DNA of 63,728 nucleotides, counting the filler, from Folioceros fuciformis (Eukaryota): assembly GCA_049999805.1 (NCBI GenBank). It is 8 parts of 8 records of this genome, joined end to end, with 100 filler letters (N's around TTAATTAATTAA, not from the genome) between each part and the next. Parts side by side here need not be neighbours in the genome. Positions count along the whole stretch, not along the records: positions 43,939 to 51,062 come from JBNGIO010005657.1; positions 51,163 to 58,805 come from JBNGIO010005658.1; positions 58,906 to 61,483 come from JBNGIO010005663.1; 5 more parts are not named here. The stretch is one strand, 5' to 3'. The notes beneath the pieces were generated by a model. That model was not told where the DNA came from, searched no databases, and worked only from the letters and a program-made list of their open reading frames with translations. Below are positions 47,311 through 58,960 of the stretch, one piece after another (within the stretch, counting starts at the first letter, position 1; every line of letters starts with the position of its first letter). The position numbers and the translations under genes are program-made.

Positions 47311-48689
47311 GGCAAAAACCAACCCCTCTAACCCCTCCAAAGGACTAAGATCTTAGTCTATACATTAACCCCTCCAAACCACTAAGCTTAGTCTTAGTCT
47401 ACACACTGTACCCAACTGCTCTAAAAGGCTTTCCCATCGATACCCGATGGCCATTAAGGCAAATACGGCCAGCAGACCTGTGCGGATTCGCAACCCGATG
47501 TACCGTGGCTTCATATCGACATATCAACATACACGACATAGCAGCAACATCAGTTTCTGGATCCCATCGTATACTCGGGTTTTTGCACCCGTTCTCTGTA
47601 CCTCCATTTCCATACCCGACTTTCCATCCCCGGGATGGAAGGATTCCAAACCCGTTGGTTTGAAGTTCAGGTTTCAAATGCACTTCTTATCACGGGTGAA
47701 CCAATTTAAAAAGGAAGCGGTGCAGATGCGACAAGACGCCTAATCTGTTGCCCGCTGCAGATGGAGTCGGCTGGCTTCCTGGCAGTTTTCATGTCCAAGA
47801 GGAGAGTGGCTATGCTGGTTGAGACTGAGTTTGGGGTTGCGAGGATGCGTAAACTCAAGATCTATTTGGTGGCATCAGGGCTGTGCTAGGATTTCTATCA
47901 GGATGGCAAAACTCGCAATGGTTGCAGCCTAGGTCCTGCTCAAGGTGGTTTTGCTGGCGCACGACTTGTGGGCTCCCAAAAGCCAAAGTTGTCAAGTGGC
48001 TGTGGATCTGAGCCTGCTGAAGAAGAACTTGGAACACAACATGATGGCGCTGGGCGGCAACCAGTTTTGTCGCAGGAAAACAATAGCTTGAGCTCTTGGC
48101 ATGTGTCTTGCAAGCAGCTGCGTAATTGTTTGCTGCCTCTGATACCGGTGTATGCGGTGCAGTCACTGACGACAGTAAACTTCTGTTTGCCATTTTTGTA
48201 GGGGCCTTGGAACAGGAACTTTCGCATGCAATCAAGGATGGGCACAAAATTCTAGGCATGGGGTTTCTGGAGGTGCACTAGGACGCTAGCCAAATACTTT
48301 ATGAACTCCACTCGCTGCGACAGCGTGTGATGATTTTCTTTCAAACCACGTTGTTCATTACTTTCCTCGAAGTATGCAGCCTGTGTGTAGCCTTTTCATG
48401 ACAGTGATGCTCCTTTGTAGCACCTTGTTTTTATTTCTCTACTTTGTGCATGAGGCGTCAGGCCGCAGTGGAGACCATGGCACAATGGGACGAGTTCTAG
48501 TTGGCTCTGTCACAGCTGCAAACTCTGCTCAGAACCTACACTAGGACCTCTTCGTCAACATCCCATAAGGCTCTTCGACAGCAGTTGCCAAATTCTCAGC
48601 TTCTAAAACCAGAAGAGTGGATTCTGACCTCTAAGACAAAAAAGCATAATTGACCCGATCAAAACTGAGTGCTACCTGCTATCTTCTCT

Positions 48690-48792
48690 CAGCACCCTAC
48701 AAAAGTGGATCGGTCAACTTCTAAAACCAAAAGCCCCCTACAAAAGTGGATTGGTCAGCTTCTAAAACCAAAAGCCCCCTACAAAAGTGCAT
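48690..48792. repeat. 42-bp tandem repeat, about 2.5 copies
   Basis: CCCTACAAAAGTGGAT..CTTCTAAAACCAAAAGCCC units. Confidence 0.85.
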
Positions 48793-48799
48793 CAATCCA

Positions 48800-51062
48800 C
48801 TCTTTATCAACTGCCTATGTTCCACCTCACCGTCTTTTTCTTCTTACACACAACTTCCTCCAAACCAACAAATTGTTTCAGTCTGTTTGTGCCCTCATTC
48901 TCAACAAAAGTTTCCAACACTTGTTTCCGTTGAGGTTGTTCGTATGCCTGTGCCACTAATTGTCTCACCTTCTGTTGAGTTTGCTCCATAATGCAGGCTA
49001 TCCCAAAAGCTAAATCTGAATGCTCAAATGCGGTATCACATACTTCAGTACATGCCATTTTAATAAAATCCAACCATTTTTCTTTTGCCATCTCCAATTC
49101 TGTCTTACATATTGGTGCCACCTAGGGGTTACTAGGCAACACAATGCCTCTTAATCCTGCATCCAAAAAGCCATACCCAAGTTGTTGGTATCACTACTTT
49201 CAGCAACATACGCTCCATCTGTTTTCCATTTTGCCTAGCTGCTGCTGCACCATCCTTGTATATGCCAAGGAGTTGTTGAACTTTCACCACATGTTTGCAG
49301 ATGAAACCTTTGTTCCCCATTGGACATGAGCAGGTAACCCAAGGAGAGTAAACATGTTCAATCACATACGACAAGTTAGGGGTCGATAAAGACAAACAAT
49401 GTGCAGCAACATTTTCGGCATGCGGTAAAATAATTGAGCTAATAGAAATAGTTTCTGCACCCTTCATAGCGGTTTCCTCTAAAGCCTCTAGCTTCTTGTT
49501 ATGCTTGTATCCCCCTTCTTTCGTGAAGTGCTGGTACCAATAATGTCGGGCAACCACATTCACTAATTGGTGTAGTAACCAGTCTCGTCTACGGCCAGGC
49601 AAACTTGACTTGCTAAATGCTGCACGTTCTTTTATAAATCTATGGAATCCTTCCACAACTGAAGTTGTATGTTGCCTTGCATGACGCAACATTCTAGCAT
49701 TACACAACCACATATCTATAGGCTCTCCCCATTGGACCTTCATATATCTCACAAAGTCTCCTTCACTTGTTCCCCACTTGTCATAAAAATTGTGTAGCAT
49801 ACTTCTTCCTATGGAAACACACTGCGAAGATGTGCTTGCCCCTGTGACATACATAATATCCCCTAGCTCTGCCCATATTGAAATTCGATTACTTTGTGAG
49901 TGCACTTTGTTCAATAAATTCTGTCTCCACGCTTTCCGCAAATGCCACAAGCATAATAATATAGGCATATTATGATTCCACACTGAGCGAATAGCGGAAA
50001 TCTCTACCTGACAATCATCAACAGGAATGAACTAGGTGTCCAATCCTTGTTGATCTTTTCAACCTTCTTCCGTAAAGCTGAAAGCCACCTGAAAAGTGAC
50101 TTAGTAGTAGCATCTTTTGTAATAGCCCATGCTACTAGAACACTGTTCAAGTAATGGTCAAAAACCATCATAGTGAATAAGTGATAGCGATACCTGTTCA
50201 ATCCAAAAGTTGCATCCATAGCTAGCACATTACCATTCCCATAAAGCAACATGCAATTTAACATAAAAGGAGTTTGAATACCCAAAGCGAACGGTTGATT
50301 CTCGCTTGATTGGTGGAAGACTATAGACACATTTTGCTCCAACCACAGGGACACTGATATGGCATCATCCGGGGCTAGCTTCCATTCACCAACTTTAACT
50401 TGTGTAAGTATATTGAGAACATCATATCTTTGCATATAATCATCTCTTACTAGCTCATATACCTCTGTCTGATTAATGATTCAAGCATACAATGCATCTT
50501 GATGCCGACGCATTATTTCATCAACAGGAACTTTGCAATATAGGCAATGCCTGATCCAATCCTTCTTTTCCTGTGAAAGCCATGCTGCTCTGACATAATG
50601 GGGTAAGCCTTCGTACCCAAGCCCATGACATGTAGCATTTGAAAGGTCAATATGCCTATGTTCAAAAAGACCAATCTCAGCAACCGTAGGCCACACAAGA
50701 AGTTTCTTCACCCTAAAATTTGCTTGGCAACCATGCTTGACACTCTCTCCATGGAGGACCTTACACTTAGCTATATTAACACCACGTGACACTCCCACCT
50801 CCTTTTGACGAAAGTCTTCTGGGTCGTAAGAACACCAATACCTGCAAGCCAACCTCACAATGTTAATGCCTCCCTAAGTAATAAAACAATTTGCATACTT
50901 CAAACCTTTTTACCTAACATATAATGCAGCTATATGCACTACCGGCCCCTTAGAATCCTTCTTGTAGAAGTTCGTAGGATGGTAACTTATAGCACTCATT
51001 CCCCCAATAAAGTCTCCCACTCTAGAAAAGAGTATGTGAGCCACCTTCACATGTTTTTGCTG
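48800..51062 (-). mobile_element. MULE-type transposase with SWIM zinc finger, disrupted
   Basis: GCQANFRVK..HIDL..CHG; AMDATFGLNRYRYHLFTMMVFD; LCLWHLRKAW; TTSVVEGFH; CSC..FICKH. Confidence 0.85.
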
Positions 51063-51162
51063 NNNNNNNNNNNNNNNNNNNNNNNNNNNNNNNNNNNNNN
51101 NNNNNNTTAATTAATTAANNNNNNNNNNNNNNNNNNNNNNNNNNNNNNNNNNNNNNNNNNNN

Positions 51163-51603
51163 TAGTGACTTGAGCTTGTGTATAAAAGGGGACCTAGCTA
51201 AGGGCTAAGTGAAGTTCAGTACATTCGAGTTGAGATGAGTATCTCCTCAAAGCCTTGAGAGCACTGGGTGCTTGGGCTAAGCCTTGAGAGCATGTGTTGC
51301 TTGGGCTGTGAGGGCACATGAAAGGTGCTGTGAAGGAGCTGTGGGAGGAGGCCAAGAGAAGGGAGAGCTAAACTCCTAGCTTAGGCAAAGATGGAGAGTT
51401 CTCTCTAGCCCTCCAGCTCTGTATGTTCTTGTTGACTCGTGATTTGAATAAAGAGCAGCAGCAAGGGTGCTGGCTGCGAGTCCTCCTAGAAGAGGAGGGC
51501 GGGCTACTTGGAGGCCTAGTGCTGTGTCCGGTGTTTAAACTTGATCCCTGTTTTGGCTTCTAACTGCGTGGTTCTGCCCCACCCCGTGGAAGGGGGTTTT
51601 ACT
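51163..51603 (+). mobile_element. 3' part of an LTR related to the 6548-12308 gypsy
   Basis: Shares AATAAAGAGCAGCA, CTGCGAGTC, GCGGGCTACTTGGAG..CCTAGTGCTG and the end GGAAGGGGG..TTACT; no PBS follows. Confidence 0.8.
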
Positions 51604-53149
51604 ATAGTACTCGATGTCAAACATCGGGAAATCTCGGAGAAAAGAAGAAACAAACTTTGAAAAGAAAAAGTAGACATATTGGAAAGCAAAAGAAAGCAAG
51701 CATGTGGAAAAGCGAAAAAAAATAAGCATCTTGGAAAAAGACAAAAGCAAGCAGGGTGTGAAAAAATCTTTTTAATTATTTAAAAAAAAAGATGGGAAAA
51801 TAGGATGATAAACCATGATAGAACATAAGGACACTAGGGGCTAGCCCATAAGCCTAATAACTATCAATAGCACCTAAAATACCATGGTTCCGGAGGAGAA
51901 ATGGTCTACCTACTACTAAAAGTCTACCTGCTATCAGAGAGCATGCTATCTCTCTTGCCAATGCAGGTGTGTTCATATCTATGTTGGAAAGGAGCCATAT
52001 TGCATGGTAATCAAAATTCACAATGGTGATGCTTGCAAGCTTGTCACTCACCACTATAACCCTCATTCACTCCGATTCTCTCGCATACCTTTTCTTGCCT
52101 TTATACCAGATTTGCATGAGGCAATCAATCTTGGTAAACCATAGACCAAACCATGGTTAGAGTTCATATTCTAGATATTTTTAATTTAGGTTAAATATAT
52201 ATTATATTTATAATATTACATCAATTTATATTGGGAATTCATTGCATACATGAGAAACATAGAGCTAATGTACTCCAAATTGGTTGAGCTCAAAATTTCA
52301 TGGTAGAGACAAGGTTCATCAATGTCCATAGGGTACTTGGAGTAGGACATGTCAAGATGGTCTCCACTAAACGATTATATTCCACAAAGCTCGTTTGGTA
52401 CATTTCATAAACAATGATATCCTAGTCAATTATCCATTTTTATTTATGTTTCCCAAAAACTAGGCCCACTTGACATATCTATTTTTAAACTTATTTTTTA
52501 TTTTTTCAATTAAACAACAAGGACTTCATTGTAGCTACTGCCATCTACCTATTCAAATAATGATTTTCATGGTCTCTTTGAAGATGCGCTGATAGACTGG
52601 CGCACTCACTTGAAAATAATGGTAAAACTAATGCGATTCATGATCGCGAGGGGCACGAGCAGGTGTGTAAGCGGCGATGCTAGGCAAGGACAAGGAAGAG
52701 AAGAATGAAAAACGGTTATCATTGTTCACGGGAAATTCTACATATATACAAAGCATTCGTAGGTGGTTATAACTGTTCATAAAACCACTAATATCTAGTC
52801 AACCTAACTTTAGGTGACACATCTATTTCATTAAAAACATATGGTGATGTTTTGAAATACACTTAATGTGTTCGATGTTTAGCCACAAATGGGTGTCACT
52901 TCTGAAAACAACCCATACAAGTTCACTCCTACCATATTGCCCTCCCATACAAACACAAGTTCTTTAGGGTTTGACTCTAAATCTACAACTACATCCACAT
53001 CATTCAGTCTTTGGTCTTTGATGTTATCTACCAGGGACAAGTTTGCAAGGTCTCTAAGTTTTCGTAGTTAACCATACAAGTGCTTGTTACATCAATCTCA
53101 TAAGAAAACAAACAGCTTGATATAGAAAAGACAGTAGCAAGATACTCCA

Positions 53150-53245
53150 ACAGGCAAGGTGCGCCAGTCTATTGGTGCACTCCAACAGTTCGGATGCACC
53201 AGTCTATCGACACACCCAGCAGTTCGCGTGCATCAGTCTACCAGT
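53150..53245. repeat. ~33-bp degenerate tandem repeat, 3 copies
   Basis: ACTCCAACAG..GC.CCAGTCTA units. Confidence 0.6.
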
Positions 53246-53349
53246 TACACAAAAAAAGTTTATATAATTAAGATTACAATTGAAAGTAAGTATCTTTCTC
53301 CAGTCTGAGTTAAAAGTAAGTATTTTGAGAAAGATTTCATAAGTCGCAG

Positions 53350-55229
53350 ATGGATTCACTCCACAAGAACCAAACTTGGGAGTTGGTTCAGTTGCCTAAG
53401 GGCAAGAAGGCGTTGCCATGCAAATGGGTGTATAAGATGAAGGACATACCCCATTATGAAAAACCTAAGTACAAGGCACGATTGGTTGCGAAGGGTTATA
53501 AGCAACAACAAGGTATTGACTTTGATGAAATTTTCTCACCGGTTGTCAAAATGACGACCTTGCGATGTGTTCTTGGTCTGGTTGCGAGACTCGACATGGA
53601 ACTTGTCCAGATGGATGTGAAGTCGGCATTTTTGCATGGTGATCTCCAGGAAGAGGTATACATGCAGCAACCAGAGGGTTTCATTGAGAAGGGCAAAGAG
53701 AATCTAGTGTGCAGGTTAAAAAAAAGCCTTTATGGTTTGAAGCAGGCACCCAGGGAGTGGTATTTCAAGTTCCACTCATTTATGCTTTCTCAAGGCTACA
53801 AGCGTAGCGATGAGGATCATTGCCTCTATACGAAGCAAGCTAAGGATGGAAGCTTGCTCATTCTGGTCCTCTATGTAGATGATATGCTAATTGCTGGGAC
53901 TAACAGTGATGAGATTTCAACGTTGAAGTCAAAGTTGAATAGTCGCTTTGACATGACACACTTGGGAGAGGCAAGCCATATTCTTGGCATGCGTATTCAT
54001 CAAGATAGACAGAAGCGTTTGTTGTACTTGTCTGAGACTGAATACATTGACAAGGTGCTTCAACGTTTCAATATGGAGAAGGGGAAGGTATTAAGTACTC
54101 CGTTGCCTCCATATGTGAAACTGTCGAGCAAGGATTGCCCAAGCTCTACGGAGGACAAAGTTGAAATGGAGAAGGTTCCATACTCTTCAGCTGAAGGGAG
54201 TTTGATGTATGCAATGATTGCTACACGTCCTGACATTGCCTTTGCAGTGGGAGTGGTTAGCAAGTTTATGTCAAACCCTGGCAGGAAGCATTGGGAGGCA
54301 GTGAAAGGAGTTATGACGTACTTGAATGGTACGAAAGCTTTGTGCTTATGTTTTGGTAGTGAAGATGCATATGTCGTGGGATATACGGATGCTGATTATG
54401 CAGGGGATATGGACAAAAGGAGGTCCACATCAGGTTACGTCTTCATGTGCACAGGAGGGGCAATCTCATGGCGATCTCGTTTGCAATCATGCATAACGCT
54501 ATCTACCACAGAGGCCGAGTATGTTGCAGCAACTGAGGCATGCAAGGAAGCCATATGGCTTGCTCGTCTAGTGGGCGATTTAGGGATCAAGGTTGAGCTG
54601 CCAGTGTTGTATTGTGATAGCCAGAGTGCTATTCAATTGGCAAAGAATCCAGTGTTTCATGCGAAGACCAAACATGTGGAAGTGAAGTATCACTTCATTC
54701 GAGAGGTGTTGGAAGACAAGAGGGTACAACTCGTCAAAGTTCACACCAGTTAGAACCTTGCAGATGTTCTTACCAAGGGGCTCTCTTCGGAGCAATTCAC
54801 ACAAGCTCGGACACTCATGGGCGTGAGGTAGACTACTCCCCTATGAAGGTAAATTGGCCTTTAAGGGGGCGGTTGTAGGGTTATTAAAGCCCAATGTGCT
54901 TAGACTAATGTGATTAGTCTAATTAAACTAGTGTGATTAGTCTAATTAAACTACTGTGATAAGTTTAATTAGACTAATGTAATTAGTCTAAGATTAGTGT
55001 TTAATTAAGTATCATTAGCTTAAGCTAATCTTTAAGAAGCTTCCTGCATAGCTTTCTGTGAGCTTCTTGTGAAGCTTCCTTGGGAGCTTTTCTAGAGGGT
55101 ATAAATACCCTCTTGAGCTCCCTTTGCAATAGAGTTGTGAGAGACACTGTGAGACCTCTCTTTCTCCTCTCCTCTCCTCCTCCCTTCTTCTCTCCTCCCC
55201 TTCACCATGCTCCTCTAATGATCCTTTCA
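53350..55229 (+). mobile_element. Ty1/copia (Tnt1/Tork-like) RT-RNase H with PPT and 3' LTR
   Basis: 467-aa ORF (KARLVAKGY, YVDD, TDADYAG, STTEAEY); PPT AAGGGGGCGG; LTR ~54874-55229 (TGTAGG..CCTTTCA) with 23-bp internal repeats. Confidence 0.92.
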
Positions 55230-55519
55230 CTATTGGTAGGTCTTAGCCTCTTGGTAAGTGTGCGTAGTTAAAGCTGGCGGTGGCTAGTGGTAGGTAGGAA
55301 GCTGTCTGCCATCCTATATAAGTAGAACGAAGGACTTGAGCTGGAGCCCCTTTTTTTGGATTGTAAGTGTTTCGTGACGAATAGTGAACCAACTTTCGTA
55401 AGCCTGCGTGGACATCCTGGCAGAAGGGGGAGTTACGAGTGCCCTTTCTGTTGCTGATCGCAAAGGTTCTTGTGATGTCTGGTTGGGAGTCTTGAACATA
55501 GGGAAATGAGGAGTTGGAT

Positions 55520-56130
55520 CGTGTAGAAGGTGTTGTGAGGAGACTTGTGGGGAAAGGTGCTGGGTGTAGGTAGTTGGAAGTTGGTACGGGGAGATACTGG
55601 GGCCCTTCCAACTGAAGGAATGGTGTCTTCCTACTGACTAGACGTGTTGAAGGTACGCGCTAGGAAAGATTGAATGTCGTAGGCAAACGATAAACAGAGT
55701 AGGAGGGAGCTGAGTAGGCTCGGAGGAAAACTTGTTGGACGCTGGGCCTAGGGAGACGAGCAGCTAGATTGTGGATAGAGGAAGGTGTTGTAAGGAGCCT
55801 TGTGACGAAAAGGTATTGAGTGTAGGGAGGTATAAATCGGTAGGGGAGGTACTGGGGCCCTTCCAAGTGAAGGAATGGTGCCTACCTACTAACGGGACGT
55901 GCTGCAGGATTGGTAGGAACGTGATTGGAAGGTAGAAATTGGTAGCGGAGGTACTGGGGCCCTTCCAAGTGAAGGAATGGTGCTTGCCTATTGACGGGAT
56001 GTGTGGCAAGATTGGTAAGAACGTGATTGGAAGGTAGAAATCGGTAGGGGAGGTATTGGGGCCTTTCCAAGTGAAGGAATGGTGCCTACCTACTGACGGG
56101 ACGTGTGGTAGGATTGGTAGGTATGTGGTT
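55520..56130. repeat. 102-bp tandem units within a ~255-bp higher-order repeat
   Basis: ACTGGGGCCCTTCCAAGTGAAGGAATGGTG-like motif at 55596, 55851, 55953, 56055. Confidence 0.9.
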
Positions 56131-56259
56131 GGGTGAGCTGACTATTGTAGGGGAGCGATAAACGTAGCTGACTAGGCTCAGAGGGGAGCGATTCCGGGGA
56201 AGCCTACAGCAACCGTGGGATTCATGTGGCCACGATACATGTGAGCGGGTGCCAGGTAG

Positions 56260-57686
56260 GGATACCATACTCACTTGCCCACAAAGACATATGCCAAAGT
56301 CAAGGAGTACTTCCATTGGGAAGTGATGCGCGCTGACTACATCAAATGGGTACACTCCTGCCAGTCCTGCCAGCAAGCCAAGCCTAGCCATCAGAAGACG
56401 CCAGGTCTGCTATTACCCATGCAAATTCCAAGTGGATGATTCAGGTCAATCGCCATGGACTTCATCACCCACTTGCCACGTACCCGTTCTGGGAAAGATA
56501 GTATCTGGGTTGTCACTGACAGGTTCTCCAAGGTATGCCATTTTGTCCCTGTGACCTCCACCATCACAGCATCCAAGCTCGTTGGGGTATTCGTCCGTGA
56601 GATCTTTAGGTTGCATGGAGCCCCAGAAGACATCGTCTCTGACTGGGATGCTAAGTTCACCTCAGGGTTCTAGAGGACATTCATGGAAACCCTGGGCATC
56701 AAGCAAAACATGTTGTCAGCATATCATCCAGAGACAGACGGGCAAACAGAGAAACAAAACCAGGTCCTGGAAGACATGCTTCGCCACTTCACTCATGAGA
56801 AACAGACTAGGTGGGAAGAACTCCTCCCTATGCTGGAGTACGCCTACAACTCGTTGAAGCATACGGCTACGAGGGTGGCCCCGTTCAAGCTGCCCTATGG
56901 AGAAACTCCGCCACCACCAGGCTTGTGGCCCAGCAGCCAGGAGAAGTGGCGCAGTGCAGCCGAGGTTGTAGAGGATATCTGGCATGAGGTCAAGTTAGCG
57001 AAGGAGAAACTCCTCGCTTCCCGGGACAGATCCTGCAAATCAGCCAACAAACACCGCCGGGCAGTCAGCTACAGCGTCGGCCAACAAGTGTGGCTTCGCG
57101 TGAAGCCTCACCGATATCCAGCTCTCATCCAGTCGCGGGACAAGCTATCCTACCGATATGCCAAACCCTTCACAGTGTCCATACAGATCAACCCGGTAAC
57201 GTACCAGCTCGACCTCCCCGCTGAGGGGCGAGACATTCCACGACTCCATGCTCAAGCTGGTGATCTCCCGCCCACCACCCGCCGCCACAGCCCAACCTGC
57301 ACACCCACCAGACCCTTCTGTCGAACAGCGACCATATCCACACCCTTCTTCTCATCCGAGCCCAGCCCAAGGCGGCTCCACTGCTCAGTGTCCCGCCATG
57401 GCCAGTCCCACCGTTCCAGACAGCTTTGGTTCGGAAACCCTAGCACAGTTGCCAAGTTTTGGCCTTCACCAGCCCCATCGTATCCTCCAGTGCCGTGACC
57501 GCCAGCTCCGATCCCGCTGTGTGTCGGACTTCCTCGTGGCCTGGACAGGCAAACTTGACAGTGCTGTGACTTGGGAACCCACAGCCTTTTGCAATCGCTT
57601 CCCTCACTTGCGGGCTCAGATGACAGCTTCCCGAGCTCCAAGACGGATCAGCTAGGAGGACCTGGCCAGCTTAAGTGGGGGAGAAT
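56260..57686 (+). mobile_element. Chromovirus (Ty3/gypsy) integrase + chromodomain remnant with PPT
   Basis: MDFITHLP..DRFSK..IVSD.D, AYHPETDGQTE, PHRILQCR..FLVAWTG..VTWEP; PPT AAGTGGGGGAGAA then TG. Confidence 0.9.
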
Positions 57687-58960
57687 GACACACGTGTAAC
57701 GATGGCCAGTCCGCGTGTGGAGCTATCGGGAACGAAGCCGCCTCCAGCCATAGCCGGACGAGACAGCAGGAACCGACCCAGAAGGTACCTAACGAGATTT
57801 TGTAACGAAACAGACACCCATATTGAAGACAACTCTTAGACGAACCCTAACTTGTATAGCCGTTAAGATGAATTGATAAGTAACCCTAGATTAACCAACC
57901 ACTAACGAGGGATAAATATCCAACTTAGGGAAAACTAACTTTAATGAACATTTAACGGCCCAACAACCCTGGTTGTTGGGCAGGGACGTGGCATGTCCCC
58001 CTCTCATGTATAAGTGCCCGATCACGTAGCAATGAAAAACGTCCTATCTCCACTAAGCTAGCTCGTACGGTCGTAGCATAAAACACTAGGAAACCTAACC
58101 TTTACAATTGCAATTTTGCATTACCATACAATATTCGTAGATGGTTTTAATGTAAGTGTTGTGATACTTACATTAAAACAAATCACTTATTTCTTCCTAA
58201 AACAAAAGCAATTCTACTTCTATGATTTATTCTTGGAGAAAAACAATAATTAGCAGAATATAAGAAATATCACATAAAATTCTATCGCACAATAAAATAC
58301 ATGTATCAAAGGTTGGTTCAATATATGTATGTGGAAACATAAATTACTATGCAATTCTCTTTTTGTCTTAGGTAATATTCCTCTAGTAAGCTATGCCTGG
58401 ACATGATGTGCGTTTTTAGCTCAAGTGATGGCATTGCTACTGCTAGTGCTCTTGCACCCGGTGATGCGGATTCCATATCACCCTAGCACTTTGGCCTCGG
58501 CTGAGAAATAGGTTCACCTTCTTCTTCGAGAGGATTCTGGCCAAGGTGGTCGGTGATGAATGCTTTGTTCTGCCTTTCTGGAACTGGGACAATCAGGGCG
58601 CCGACTCCAAGCACCTTCCCAACACCGTTCCCCACTTCTACCGCAATCCTGACAAGTACCCAGGTCTGTATCACAAGTATCGCGATCCTCGTCACCGACC
58701 TGAAGCGGAGCCTGCCGTCGTCAGCCTCCTTCGCAACTCCGTCGAATCAGGGTTTTCTCCCACGACACCGCAGGAGGCGGCTCGGGCTCGTGCACTGAAC
58801 AAGGCNNNNNNNNNNNNNNNNNNNNNNNNNNNNNNNNNNNNNNNNNNNNTTAATTAATTAANNNNNNNNNNNNNNNNNNNNNNNNNNNNNNNNNNNNNNN
58901 NNNNNTATCTCTTCTTCTAATCTTTCTCTTGCTCGATCCTAATCTAACCTTTTACCTTCA

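Noticed and set aside
47399-48400. GC-richer stretch with short ORFs
   Set aside because: Could be a pseudogene fragment, but no family could be supported
58055-58092. Possible Helitron 3' end (weak hairpin plus CTAG)
   Set aside because: Hairpin is poor, the next base is not T, and no 5' TC end or RepHel was seen
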